This document shows, piece by piece, positions 30,856 through 41,019 of a stretch of 63,047 bases of DNA. The notes below the pieces were generated by a model, which had not been told where the DNA came from, searched no databases, and saw only the letters and a program-made list of their open reading frames with translations. This stretch comes from a virus (taxonomy: Duplodnaviria; Caudoviricetes): positions 1-63,047 of the IMG/VR virus record IMGVR_UViG_3300033997_000050. One strand, given 5' to 3'. Every line of letters begins with the position of its first letter. Position 1 is the first letter of the stretch. Made by a program: the position numbers and the translations under genes.

Positions 30856-33300
30856 ATGGCACAAAGCGATTACAAAAACACAGGCGGTAAGGGCCAGTTC
30901 ACGCCACTGGCCGAACTCCATGATGCGGTCGACTATCTGGATCGCGTGCTGATCCTGGGCCGCGCGAACTTCCCGCGCATCGACTCGCTGCAAGTCGGCA
31001 TGGCGGTGCTGGTCAACGACGAGTTCATGCAGGTGACGGCCATCGGGCCAGGCCGCGTGACGGTCAAGCGCGGTTGCGCGGACACCGTGCCGGCCAAGCA
31101 TCCGGCGAAGTCGCTCTGCTGGTTTATCGACGTGAGCGTGGTCGGCACCGATGGCGTCGAGTACAGCGCGGGCGATACCACGTCGATCAAGTATTCCCCG
31201 TACACGCCAGGCGGCGCCCTGCACCCGAACAATACCGGCGAGATTGACGTTATCAACTTCAACTGGCGGTTCTATCGGCCGTATGCGCCGGGCCGGCTGT
31301 ACGTGAACTCGAAGCGCTGGTTCAATCGTCACCTGCTGTCGGCCGACACCGGCAGGCTGTATCTCGAATGGACGCATCGCAACCGCCTCATCCAGTCCGA
31401 CAAGCTGCTCGACCACGACGACGCGAGCGTCAGTCCCGAGACCGGCACCACCTACACCGCGCGCATCTACAACAGCGCCGGCCAACTGCGTCGCACCGAG
31501 GTCGGCATCCTGGCGCAATGGCGTGATCGCTATGGTCGCCTCGTGTATCCGGCATGGGGCTACTCCTGGCAGCAGGGTATGGCCGATCTCGGCGGCAGCG
31601 GCTTGCCGGGCGAAGACGGTGCGCTCCTTCCCGGCACGATGACGTTCCATGCGACGCGCGACGGCTTCGACTCGTGGCAAGGCTACGTTATCCCGTTCGA
31701 CCTCGATCCGCAGAGCTTCTTCCTGCGTGTCGCGCAACTCGGCCAGATCGCGGCGCAGGAGGACGACATCAACCAGTCGAGCGGCCCGTATCCACCGGAA
31801 GAGGCGGTGTTGGCTGCGTCGGTCGGCCAGATCTCCGCACAGCATGCGCGCGACGAGGACTACCAGGACGTGATCGTGGCCGACGCGATGTTCGTCGCCT
31901 CGGTGGCCGAAGGCACTGGTCAGCATACGTCGTTCTACACCGGCATGAACCGCAATCTGTTTGAGGCGCCATACGCCCACCTGCGGCGCTTGAACGTGCC
32001 GATCAGCGGCGCACACCTGGTCACGGTCGTCGCGCGCCCTGGAGACCGCCTGACGGACTCTCACACGGTCTGGTCACGCTACGACTACCCGCGTGGCCTG
32101 GGCGCTTCGTTCAACTACGAGCAGCGCATGGCTCCGCGCTTCACGCCGTGGCTCACTGTGGCGAAGCCGGTCGACTATCTGGACTCGGTGATCGAGATCG
32201 CCACGTCGTCCTTCTACGACGGTGTGCCGCTCGACGGCGTGCAGCCGGGCCAGGTCGCGATGATCGACGCCGAGGTGATCTTGATCCTGGCGCGCAGCGC
32301 GACGACGTTCACCATCGCGCGCGGCGTCTACGACACGGTGCCGGCAAAGCATGGCGTCGGCGCGCGAGTGTGGTTCTTCCAGGCGCAGGCCGGCAATGAC
32401 CCGAGCATCTATCCGTACACCGTCGACCCGAAGACCTCGCTGGTCGGATCTGCGGCCGAGGTGAAGATGATCCCCGACGTGTACGGCCCGCCGCTGGACT
32501 TGAACCAGGTGCCGACCGATCGTCTGGAAATGCTGCATCGCGTTGAGCGCCCATATCCGCCAGGCGAAGTGCTGGTGAACGGCCGGGCCTGGTACAACGG
32601 CGCGCAGATCGCGAAGGATCAGGTCACGACGATCACCTGGCGCCACCGCAACCGCGACACGCAGGGCGCGAACCCGGTCGACCACCACGCGCCGACCCGC
32701 GCGCCCGAGCCGGGCCAGAAGTACCGCCTGAAGATCACGATCATGGTGCGCGGCTCGCGGCCGACCGACCCATCGTATCCGGTCACGGTGCGCGACCAGA
32801 TCGTCGACGGCGAGACCTTCACCTACAGCTACGCGATGGCGACCACGGACGGCTACCGCGCCGCGACGCTGCTCGACGTGTGTGGCCGCGTCACCGTGGG
32901 CATGGTGCTCGAAGCGATTCGCGACGATTACGTCTCGTGGCAGAACTACGTGATCCCGCTGCTGCTGCCGGCGCCATCCTGCCCACCGGGCAAACCGCCA
33001 GGTGGCGGACAACTCCCCGGCGACAACGGTAACGGGAACGGCGACACTGGCGGCGACCCGACCAATCCGACGAACCCTGGCGGCGGCGATAACACTGGTG
33101 GCGGCTCGCCAGGCGATAATGGCGGCGGCGATAACGGCAACGGCCCGCCAGATCCTCCAGAAGTGCCGCCTGACTGGCCCGATCCAATCGAGCCGCCTGA
33201 GCCTGATCCTGACGATCCGAATCCGGCACTGGCCGCACACTGGGACTTGAACTGGGACCGCCACTGGGACGCATACACGAAAGACAATCAAGGGGAATAA
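30856..33300 (+). CDS. Tail tip protein, paralog of 29008, with Gly/Pro-rich C-terminus
   Basis: N-terminus MAQSDYKNTGGKGQFTP resembles MANSDYTETGQGSFTP; two module copies. Confidence 0.7.
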   Translation: MAQSDYKNTGGKGQFTPLAELHDAVDYLDRVLILGRANFPRIDSLQVGMAVLVNDEFMQVTAIGPGRVTVKRGCADTVPAKHPAKSLCWFIDVSVVGTDGVEYSAGDTTSIKYSPYTPGGALHPNNTGEIDVINFNWRFYRPYAPGRLYVNSKRWFNRHLLSADTGRLYLEWTHRNRLIQSDKLLDHDDASVSPETGTTYTARIYNSAGQLRRTEVGILAQWRDRYGRLVYPAWGYSWQQGMADLGGSGLPGEDGALLPGTMTFHATRDGFDSWQGYVIPFDLDPQSFFLRVAQLGQIAAQEDDINQSSGPYPPEEAVLAASVGQISAQHARDEDYQDVIVADAMFVASVAEGTGQHTSFYTGMNRNLFEAPYAHLRRLNVPISGAHLVTVVARPGDRLTDSHTVWSRYDYPRGLGASFNYEQRMAPRFTPWLTVAKPVDYLDSVIEIATSSFYDGVPLDGVQPGQVAMIDAEVILILARSATTFTIARGVYDTVPAKHGVGARVWFFQAQAGNDPSIYPYTVDPKTSLVGSAAEVKMIPDVYGPPLDLNQVPTDRLEMLHRVERPYPPGEVLVNGRAWYNGAQIAKDQVTTITWRHRNRDTQGANPVDHHAPTRAPEPGQKYRLKITIMVRGSRPTDPSYPVTVRDQIVDGETFTYSYAMATTDGYRAATLLDVCGRVTVGMVLEAIRDDYVSWQNYVIPLLLPAPSCPPGKPPGGGQLPGDNGNGNGDTGGDPTNPTNPGGGDNTGGGSPGDNGGGDNGNGPPDPPEVPPDWPDPIEPPEPDPDDPNPALAAHWDLNWDRHWDAYTKDNQGE

Positions 33301-33303
33301 GCA

Positions 33304-34041
33304 ATGCCAAGACAAGAGACTTCGAGGTTCCGTTTTTCACAGGGCTGGTTGCGCGGCGAGGACTGGTGGGGCGATCCGGTCTCGGCCAACTTCCTGCTGC
33401 TCGACGTGATGCTGGGAACCGTGATCGAGTCGATGACTGAAAGCGCGCCACCGCCGAACGGCAACGTGGTGGTCGGCGACATGTTCATCGTGGCCGACAA
33501 CGCGACCGGCGCATGGGAAGGCCGCGAAGGTCAGATCGCCGCACTGACCTCGACCGGCTGGCGCTTCGTCGTGCCGGTCGACGGCGTGCGTGCGCGGCTG
33601 AATAGCCCGCCTGGCTGGATCTGGTTCAACGGCGCGACCTGGCTGCGTGAAGACCAGAACAGCGACACGCCGACACCGATCCTCGGCACCCGGTACGACA
33701 TCGCCATGTCGGTCGGCTACGAGGCCGAGGCGGGCGAGACGCTGCTGGTCTTCACGATCCCTGAACCGATGACGCTGCCGGCCACCGCAGCCGGATCGTG
33801 GGGCCGCACGGTGACGCCGCCGAACGGGATCATCCGGCTCGCGATCCGAAGGAACGGAAGTGACGTTGGTACAATCACATTCGCCGCGAATAGCTCGCGC
33901 GCCATCTTCACCGTGCAGGGTGATAAGCCGTTCGCCACTGGCGACCTCCTGACCATCCACATGCCGGACAATCCGCCTGCCGGGTTCGCGAATTATGGCG
34001 CCACGCTGCGGCTCATTCTCGCAACGAACGGAGGTAACTAA
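33304..34041 (+). CDS. DUF2793-containing tail protein
   Basis: APPP..VVGDMFIVADNATGAWEGREGQIA...GWRFVVPVDG. Confidence 0.75.
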   Translation: MPRQETSRFRFSQGWLRGEDWWGDPVSANFLLLDVMLGTVIESMTESAPPPNGNVVVGDMFIVADNATGAWEGREGQIAALTSTGWRFVVPVDGVRARLNSPPGWIWFNGATWLREDQNSDTPTPILGTRYDIAMSVGYEAEAGETLLVFTIPEPMTLPATAAGSWGRTVTPPNGIIRLAIRRNGSDVGTITFAANSSRAIFTVQGDKPFATGDLLTIHMPDNPPAGFANYGATLRLILATNGGN

Positions 34042-35027
34042 TGCTGCACATTGACGGCTTCGAGGAATTCGCGAACGACCCGGCGCCGAACGCTCAAATG
34101 GTGCGCGCCGGCTACGAGGTGTTCGGCCAGATGGCTATCGTCGGCGGGCGCCTGGGTGCTCACGGCGTGGCCGGCCGCAACGCGACGATGGTGCGCAAGA
34201 TGCCATGGACGACGAACACCATGAGCACCGGCTTCGCGCACATGTTCGACACGCGCGGATCGGCCTGCTGGTTGAAGGTGGGCGACACGCAGATCAATCT
34301 GTGGCTGCACCCGGACACCGGCCTGCCGCACCTGAACGACAAGCCTGGTGGCGCGCTGCCGGTGTCTAGCCGCTGGTACTACTACGAGTTGGAACTGGAT
34401 CGCGCGGCGGCGCGCGTCACGCTTTCGATCAACAACCGGATCGACATGACCTACGATGTCGAGGGTGACTTGAGCACCGAGGAAGTCGAGGTCGGGATCG
34501 GCTACATTCTGCCGCACATCTACCGGCCAGATGCGGACCCGGTCCCGGTCGACAACGCCACGAAGACCTTCGACGACTTCTATATCCGCGACACCTCGCG
34601 CTTCGGTCCTATCGTGGTCTCGACGCGCTTCCCGACGACCGACGAACAGGTCGAGTGGTTCAAGGCTGCGGTGGCTGGCTCGCACGCCGAGTCGCTGGCT
34701 CTGCGCCCGCCGAAGCCGCTGGACAACTACGTGGCCGCGAACGTGATCGGCGCCGACGACCGCTTCACTTCCGCTCACGAACTGGTCAACGACAATCCGG
34801 TGATCGCGACCGGCGTGGTGGTGCTGGCCCGCAAAGCGCCGACCCTGGCCGCGCGCCTGGGCGTGTTCATTGGCGGCGGCGTCGGCGACACCGTAGAGCC
34901 GCGCGCCATGGATACCGATGTCGAGACCGACTGGAAGACGCAATACCTCTTCTTCGAGAATCAGGGGCCGGATGCGCCGGCAGCAGTCAAAGACGCCGAG
35001 TTCGGCATTTACGTCGCAGCACCATAA
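34041..35027 (+). CDS. Tail fibre-associated protein, paralog 1
   Basis: MLHIDGFE, WYYYELELD, DDFYIRD, RFGPI..RFPT. Confidence 0.7.
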   Translation: MLHIDGFEEFANDPAPNAQMVRAGYEVFGQMAIVGGRLGAHGVAGRNATMVRKMPWTTNTMSTGFAHMFDTRGSACWLKVGDTQINLWLHPDTGLPHLNDKPGGALPVSSRWYYYELELDRAAARVTLSINNRIDMTYDVEGDLSTEEVEVGIGYILPHIYRPDADPVPVDNATKTFDDFYIRDTSRFGPIVVSTRFPTTDEQVEWFKAAVAGSHAESLALRPPKPLDNYVAANVIGADDRFTSAHELVNDNPVIATGVVVLARKAPTLAARLGVFIGGGVGDTVEPRAMDTDVETDWKTQYLFFENQGPDAPAAVKDAEFGIYVAAP

Positions 35028-35037
35028 GGAAAATCAC

Positions 35038-36918
35038 ATGAGCATTAAACACATCGACGGCTTCGACCAGTTCCAGGGTCAAACGTCAGCAGCGCTTCTT
35101 GCCTCGCTCGCCGCAGCAGGGTATGTCGTGTCCTCGGGTCTCGCCATGGCCGAAGGTCGGCACCCTTCTTCGCACGCGCTGGAATTGCAGGTGTCGGCAG
35201 GCACGGCAGGCTCATCCTGGTCGAGCCGCACGAACACGGTCAAGTTCGACTTGAACGGCGTGGCCGCGAACACGGCTGGCCGCTGGGTCGCAGTCGGGAA
35301 CAACGGGCAGGCCACCACGTCGACGGACGGCATCCAGTGGGCGCCGCTGGTCATCGGCACCACGCAGACCTTGCGCGATATCGCCTGCAACGGCAACACG
35401 TATATCGCGGTCGGCGACAACGGCACCATCATGCGCTCGACCAACGGCCAGGCGTGGACTCAGCAGGCCGCGCCAGTAGCCGGCGTCGCATTGAGGGCTG
35501 TCGCGTTCGGCGGCGGCAAATGGCTCGCAGTTGGTCAGGCCGGCAGCGTTGGCGCAATTTTCGTGTCCGAGGATGACGGCGCGACCTGGGCCAATATCAC
35601 CGCCAATGCCGGCACGCGGCCGAACGTGTCCGTCGCATTCGGCAATGCGCGCTGGACCGTGGGCGGGATGGCGGGCCAGATCCTCACGGCCGGCGCCAAC
35701 CTGGCGTTCGTTGAGACCACCATGCCTGTCGCCGGAATGGTCGCAGGTGTCGCCTACACCAACGGTTCGTGGTTCGCGCTGTGCAGCGGGATCTATCGCA
35801 GCGTCGACGACGGCGCAAACTGGGTGCTGGTCTCGGCCAATCCGAACGGCGGCTCGGCGCTGCGCTGCATCGCGGCTTCGGGTTCGCGCCTGATCGTCGG
35901 CGGCGACCTGGGCGGCGTCTTCTACAGCGACGACGGCATCACCTGGACGCGTGCAGCATTCGCTGGTGCGAACAGTTCCTCGGTGCTCGACATTGCGCTC
36001 TCGCTGGGCGCGCAGGCGGGATGGTGCGCGGTCGGTACGGTGCCGACAAATAATCCGTCCGGTAACGCGATCATCTATATGTCGGTCGCGCCGCCGACAA
36101 AGATCTCTCGTACGTTCGTCTCGACCGCGAACCGCGTGGTCATCGGATTCGCGCATCGGGCTACCGCGCGCGGCCGGATCTTCAGCATTGCGAACCTGTT
36201 CAACATGGACTGGCCCTCGGGCATCCAGATCCTCGACGAGATCGGCGCCAGCGTCCCGATTCGCAATGCCTGGTACTACTACGAGATCGTCATCGACAAG
36301 ACCGCCAACACGATCAGCCTGCACGTCAACGACACCGATGACCTGGTGGTGCCGCTGCCTGCGGCCGGCGCGAACATGACCTCGTTCGTGATGTCCTGGG
36401 AAGCCGAGAACGGGGCCGTGGCGCGCATCGACGACCTGTACCTGCTCGACTCCGATACGACCGGCGGCTCGACCCAGGTGAACCGCCTGAAGCCAATCCG
36501 CGTGCCGATCCGCAAGCCGACCGAGGACGTTGCGATTGCGTGGCTCGGCTCGCAGCCTGGCCCGCACTGGCCGCTGGTCGGGCTTCTGCCGCCGTCACCC
36601 GAAACGTTCATCCGTTCGTCCACTTCCGGCGACCAGGATCTCTTCTCTTCCGGCGACACGCTGCCCGAGGGCGCCGGCACCGAGGACATGCCGATTATCG
36701 CGGTCGGCCTGGTGGCGCTCGCGCAGAAAAGCGATCTCGACAATCGCCAGCTTGGCCTGGTGGTCGGCGCGCAGGGAAATCAGAAGGAGGTCGTCGACAC
36801 GCTGCTCAACGTGACACCGGAGTATAGTTTAGCCATCTTCGAGACCGCGCCTGGCGATGTACCATGGACTGCGGAAAACATCGAGACCACACCGTTCGGC
36901 GTCGCCGTTCGCCCATAA
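35038..36918 (+). CDS. Tail fibre-associated protein, paralog 2, with inserted Asp-box beta-propeller
   Basis: MSIKHIDGFD...WYYYEIVID...IDDLYLLD; internal S.DG..W repeats. Confidence 0.7.
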   Translation: MSIKHIDGFDQFQGQTSAALLASLAAAGYVVSSGLAMAEGRHPSSHALELQVSAGTAGSSWSSRTNTVKFDLNGVAANTAGRWVAVGNNGQATTSTDGIQWAPLVIGTTQTLRDIACNGNTYIAVGDNGTIMRSTNGQAWTQQAAPVAGVALRAVAFGGGKWLAVGQAGSVGAIFVSEDDGATWANITANAGTRPNVSVAFGNARWTVGGMAGQILTAGANLAFVETTMPVAGMVAGVAYTNGSWFALCSGIYRSVDDGANWVLVSANPNGGSALRCIAASGSRLIVGGDLGGVFYSDDGITWTRAAFAGANSSSVLDIALSLGAQAGWCAVGTVPTNNPSGNAIIYMSVAPPTKISRTFVSTANRVVIGFAHRATARGRIFSIANLFNMDWPSGIQILDEIGASVPIRNAWYYYEIVIDKTANTISLHVNDTDDLVVPLPAAGANMTSFVMSWEAENGAVARIDDLYLLDSDTTGGSTQVNRLKPIRVPIRKPTEDVAIAWLGSQPGPHWPLVGLLPPSPETFIRSSTSGDQDLFSSGDTLPEGAGTEDMPIIAVGLVALAQKSDLDNRQLGLVVGAQGNQKEVVDTLLNVTPEYSLAIFETAPGDVPWTAENIETTPFGVAVRP

Positions 36919-36934
36919 TCAGAAAGGACATACC

Positions 36935-37945
36935 ATGCTTCGCCACATTGACGGCTTCGACCACTACGGCGCCACCACCGAGATCGCAGCTAACATCACC
37001 TCCATCCTCGAAGCGGCCGGCTACACGGTCAACAACGCCACCAACACGACGTTCAACATTGCGGCCGGCCAGGATCAAGGTTCGCTCGGGTTGAAGATGA
37101 CCATCCCGGCGAACTCCGCTACGCCGCCATCCTTCAGCCGCTCGTTCACCACCGTCGAAGATTACGTGTGCTTCGGCTTCTCCTTCCGTGGCACGCAGGC
37201 TCGTCAGCGCTTCGCCCGTATTGCCGGCGTGCTGGATCTTGACTGGGATGCCACCACCGGCAAGATGAAGGTCGGCGAGGTGCTGGGCCAGGACGTGATT
37301 ATCCTGAACGCCTTCTGGTCCATCGAGATCGAGATCGACAAGGTGAACAACGAATTCCGTGCTTGGGCGAACGACACGCTTCAGCTTACCGTTCCGCTGC
37401 CCGGCGCCGTGGGCAACACGCACACGATCGTGTGGGGCATGAACCAGCAGACGCCGACCGCCAGCGTGGTCGAGATCGACGATCTGTACATCATCGACAG
37501 CGCGGGCGGCAAGAACAACTCGCGCCTCGGGCCGCTGAACATCATCACGCGCCGGCCGACGACCGATGTATTGGCCGAGTGGACGGCAGTTGGCAGCACG
37601 GCAGCGCATAACGTGATCTTGTCCCAGCAGTCGCCGGCAGCGGCCAATGCGCCATACGTCCAGGCCAACGTCGAGGGTCGCACCGACCGCTTCACGTCGA
37701 ACGTGGTGCTGCCGAACTCGAACGAGATTGTCGGCGTGGCGCTCACCGCGTACGCGCGCAAGGGCGACCTGGACAATCGCAACCTCGGTCTCCAGATCGG
37801 CACGCAGGCCGGCGTCACTGAAACGCAGATTCCGCTGAACACGGCCTACGGGTTCAAGCAGGCCATCTTCGAGACCGCACCGAATGGCGAGACCTGGGAT
37901 CAGAACCGCGTTGAAACATCGTCGATGGCGATCATTGCTCGTTGA
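36935..37945 (+). CDS. Tail fibre-associated protein, paralog 3
   Basis: MLRHIDGFD, IEIEIDK, IDDLYIID, RLGP, K.DLDNR.LGL, AIFETAP. Confidence 0.7.
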   Translation: MLRHIDGFDHYGATTEIAANITSILEAAGYTVNNATNTTFNIAAGQDQGSLGLKMTIPANSATPPSFSRSFTTVEDYVCFGFSFRGTQARQRFARIAGVLDLDWDATTGKMKVGEVLGQDVIILNAFWSIEIEIDKVNNEFRAWANDTLQLTVPLPGAVGNTHTIVWGMNQQTPTASVVEIDDLYIIDSAGGKNNSRLGPLNIITRRPTTDVLAEWTAVGSTAAHNVILSQQSPAAANAPYVQANVEGRTDRFTSNVVLPNSNEIVGVALTAYARKGDLDNRNLGLQIGTQAGVTETQIPLNTAYGFKQAIFETAPNGETWDQNRVETSSMAIIAR

Positions 37946-37952
37946 GGAAAAT

Positions 37953-39119
37953 ATGACCATTCTGCGCACTGAATCATGGGGCGCCTTCCCACGCTATAAC
38001 GGCGACGAGGCGAACAACGCGACCGGAAATGCAGCACGCGCGGCACACGCTGCGAACGTGCGCGCATACGGCTACGACTTCTCTGCACCGACGGCCAACA
38101 ACATCGGCTGGCTGGTCAAGGCTGACGCGGTATCGCCCGAGCGCTGGGCCTACACGTTTTCTTCGAGCGGAAAGACTGGCGAAGCGGCCGGGTTCCGCAT
38201 GAAAATGCCGACTGTGCCAAGCGTGTTGATCTTCGGATTCTCGTTGTTCGTGCCAAGCTCTTACACACCGAACACTACACAAAGCCCTGAGTATCCGATG
38301 ATGCAGGTTCTATCGTTTGCCGCAAGTAGCGCGTACACCGCGATACCTGGTCGCGCTGAAGCGGCAGGTGAATTGTTCCGCATTGACTGGGGATTGCGCG
38401 TGCGGCGCGGTATCGCGGCTGTTGAAAACGCGAAGGCCATGGTTCCCGGCAAGCTGTCGTACATCGAATGCCGGATCTCGGCGAGTGAGGTGCGTGTCTG
38501 GATGGACGGCACGCTGGTTCATCAGTCGACTAGGGCTGTGTCGCGCGAGAGTATTGCGATCATGTGTACGGCTTGGAATGGCTTTACTGTCGGCGGTACG
38601 ATGGAAGGCGCGCCGGCCATGTGGCAAGTCTCAAATATGTACTTCCTTTCCGAAGATGCTGTCGAACCAAATGTGCGCTTGGGGCCGGCCACGAGGGTTA
38701 TCGCGAACCGGCCTAGCGCCGATGTTGACGTCGACTTCTCGCGACCGAGCGGTACGCTGTCAAACGCCTCGGTTGTCGGTGCTGATTTTCAGACAACGAA
38801 TACCGCGTCTCTCACTGTGCGAAATATCGGCGATTCGGACGTGTATTCTGCGTCGGCAAGAGACGCGGTGACTGGAGCCGGTCGAGTGTACGCCGTGTCA
38901 GTGAAAATGCTGGCGTCGAACTTGGAAACAGATCCGCACGCATTCAAGCCGCTGATTGTCTCGGGAGCCGCCGAAGCCGCCGCGCCGAACGTAAGTCTCC
39001 CCGGATTGTCGGGCAACACACTAGTGGCCGGCATCGCAACCGTGGACCCGATTACTGGAGTCGAATGGACGACATCGGCTGCGGCAGACGTGGATTTCGG
39101 CGCGCGCCTGGTTTCATAA
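37953..39119 (+). CDS. Tail fibre-associated protein, divergent paralog 4
   Basis: YIECRI, NMYFL, RLGPATRV..RPSADV, DPITGVEWT; more A/T-ending codons than its neighbours. Confidence 0.6.
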   Translation: MTILRTESWGAFPRYNGDEANNATGNAARAAHAANVRAYGYDFSAPTANNIGWLVKADAVSPERWAYTFSSSGKTGEAAGFRMKMPTVPSVLIFGFSLFVPSSYTPNTTQSPEYPMMQVLSFAASSAYTAIPGRAEAAGELFRIDWGLRVRRGIAAVENAKAMVPGKLSYIECRISASEVRVWMDGTLVHQSTRAVSRESIAIMCTAWNGFTVGGTMEGAPAMWQVSNMYFLSEDAVEPNVRLGPATRVIANRPSADVDVDFSRPSGTLSNASVVGADFQTTNTASLTVRNIGDSDVYSASARDAVTGAGRVYAVSVKMLASNLETDPHAFKPLIVSGAAEAAAPNVSLPGLSGNTLVAGIATVDPITGVEWTTSAAADVDFGARLVS

Positions 39120-39128
39120 GGTTTAGCG

Positions 39129-41018
39129 ATGGCTGACATTGCGCGACTATCTTCCGTCCTGGTTGAAACGCTGATTGAAGCACCGCCCGATCCGGTAGTG
39201 CTTCCTTCAGTTTTTTCGGTCACAACCGAAACCCTCATCCAGCTTTACATTCCTCCGGCTGAAGTTCACAGCTTGCTCACGGAAACGCTAATTACGCTTC
39301 CGGTCGCATCGTTGACGAACATCATCACGGAAACCCTTATAGAGTCTGGTGCGAACGAAGGCGTGGTCGCGCATATCGTGCCGGGTTTTTCGCAGCAAGC
39401 GTTGCAGAAGGCGCCACCCAAGCCGCATCCGTCAATGGTGTGGAGTCAGAACACCGTGGTCAACTTCTCGCAAATCGTGGCGCAGCGACGAACCCGCGTT
39501 CCGATAAAGAGCATGATCGAAATTCCTGTTCTGGCGCAGAAGGTGGCTCGACGCAGGGAGTCAGTACCGCCGCGTAGCGACACGACCGTGGTTCAGTTGG
39601 TGGAACAGGTGGCGCAGTCTCGTGTACGCGCTTACGCGCCTGTTTCAGCGGTCTACGTGCAGCAGCTTCGCCAACAGGCCGCTCGCAAGGTATCACGCAT
39701 ACCGGCACCATCCGTTCGCTCGCCGATCAACGTCGGTAAGATGGTGCAGATGGTGGCGTTATCGCGCAAGACTCGCGTGATCTTGACGCCGGCCGACGTG
39801 GCACAGCTTCACCAGCAGATCGCTATCGCTGCGGCGCGGCCGGCGCCGATCAGTCCAATGCGGGCCGCACAGTTCATCCAGCAGATCGCAGTAGTGCGGT
39901 TGGTGGCACCGCCAGGCATCGACGTGCGCGCTGCGCAGTTCGTCCAGGAGATCGCAACGCATCGCGACATCGAGGCGTGGTCATACATCGGTATGGAACA
40001 CGTCGCGCAGCTTATGCAACAGGTGGCCGTTGCGAGCACGCGGCCGACGCCGATCAGCGCGACGCGGGCAACGCAGTTCGTGCATCAGGTGGCGCAACAC
40101 CGCGTGACGTATCCGCCTGCGTTCATCTTGGGCTGGAACGCGGTCAAGTTCGTGCAGCAGGTGGCCGCTCATCGCTTCATGCTTTTACCGGACGACATGC
40201 GCAGCATGATCTCGGTGAAGACGATGAGCGTGCAATACGGCATGAAGCGCGACACGGTTCCACCAATCGAAGTGATTGACCCATCGGTCGGTCGGCACGT
40301 TGCCCAGCTTATGCAGCGTGTCGCCATGCGCAGGCAGACCACGCCGCCCACCGAGATCACGCAGTCCAGGTTCGTGACCGCGCTGCTCTCGACGACGGTG
40401 CTCGGCGACACGACCTTCCCGCCGCCACCGCCGAAGCCACCAGTGCCGCCGATTGTGACGGCCAGCGCGCTCGTAGAGCAGGTGGTGATCGGAGACGCGG
40501 ACGACTGGATCGCGGTATCGCAGGTGCGCGCGTCGGCGGTAGTGCAGTATGTCGCGCTGACCGACGACTATCCGTTCCTCGACCCGGCGATACCGCAGTC
40601 CGAGATCTCGGTGTTCTCGCTGGCGCAGCCGGTGGCCCTGGTTGACGAGTTCCCCGCGCCGAGCGACATGCTCAGTGAGGTGGACGTGATCGAACTGGTG
40701 TCGAGCGTCGCGCTGGCGGATAGCGACTTCGACGACCCTCGCGCGCCGCATAGCGAGATCACCGTGGCGCAGGCGTTCGAGTTGACTGTTCTCGGCGACA
40801 CCGAGTTCCCGGCCGGCACGCAGCCGCAATCCGATCTGACACTGTTTGCCATTGTCGAGAAGGTTGCAGTCGGAGACCCGACCATGGCCGGCGAAATGCC
40901 TGGTTCGGAATTGCGGCTTACCTCGGTGGTCGAGTTCTATGCGGTCCACGATCCTACATTGAAGGGAATACCGCTGCGGCAGGGGCCGCGACCAGTAATA
41001 TCGGTCACGATCAGTTGA
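39129..41018 (+). CDS. Virion protein with quasi-periodic Gln/Val repeats (last gene of the tail module)
   Basis: Repeated AQ(F/L).QQ(V/I)A and TETLI units. Confidence 0.6.
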   Translation: MADIARLSSVLVETLIEAPPDPVVLPSVFSVTTETLIQLYIPPAEVHSLLTETLITLPVASLTNIITETLIESGANEGVVAHIVPGFSQQALQKAPPKPHPSMVWSQNTVVNFSQIVAQRRTRVPIKSMIEIPVLAQKVARRRESVPPRSDTTVVQLVEQVAQSRVRAYAPVSAVYVQQLRQQAARKVSRIPAPSVRSPINVGKMVQMVALSRKTRVILTPADVAQLHQQIAIAAARPAPISPMRAAQFIQQIAVVRLVAPPGIDVRAAQFVQEIATHRDIEAWSYIGMEHVAQLMQQVAVASTRPTPISATRATQFVHQVAQHRVTYPPAFILGWNAVKFVQQVAAHRFMLLPDDMRSMISVKTMSVQYGMKRDTVPPIEVIDPSVGRHVAQLMQRVAMRRQTTPPTEITQSRFVTALLSTTVLGDTTFPPPPPKPPVPPIVTASALVEQVVIGDADDWIAVSQVRASAVVQYVALTDDYPFLDPAIPQSEISVFSLAQPVALVDEFPAPSDMLSEVDVIELVSSVALADSDFDDPRAPHSEITVAQAFELTVLGDTEFPAGTQPQSDLTLFAIVEKVAVGDPTMAGEMPGSELRLTSVVEFYAVHDPTLKGIPLRQGPRPVISVTIS

Positions 41019-41019
41019 T

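Noticed and set aside
29008-39119. Diversity-generating retroelement or invertase shufflon acting on the tail paralogs
   Set aside because: There is no reverse transcriptase or recombinase gene and no near-identical nucleotide repeats; the paralogy is protein-level and old.
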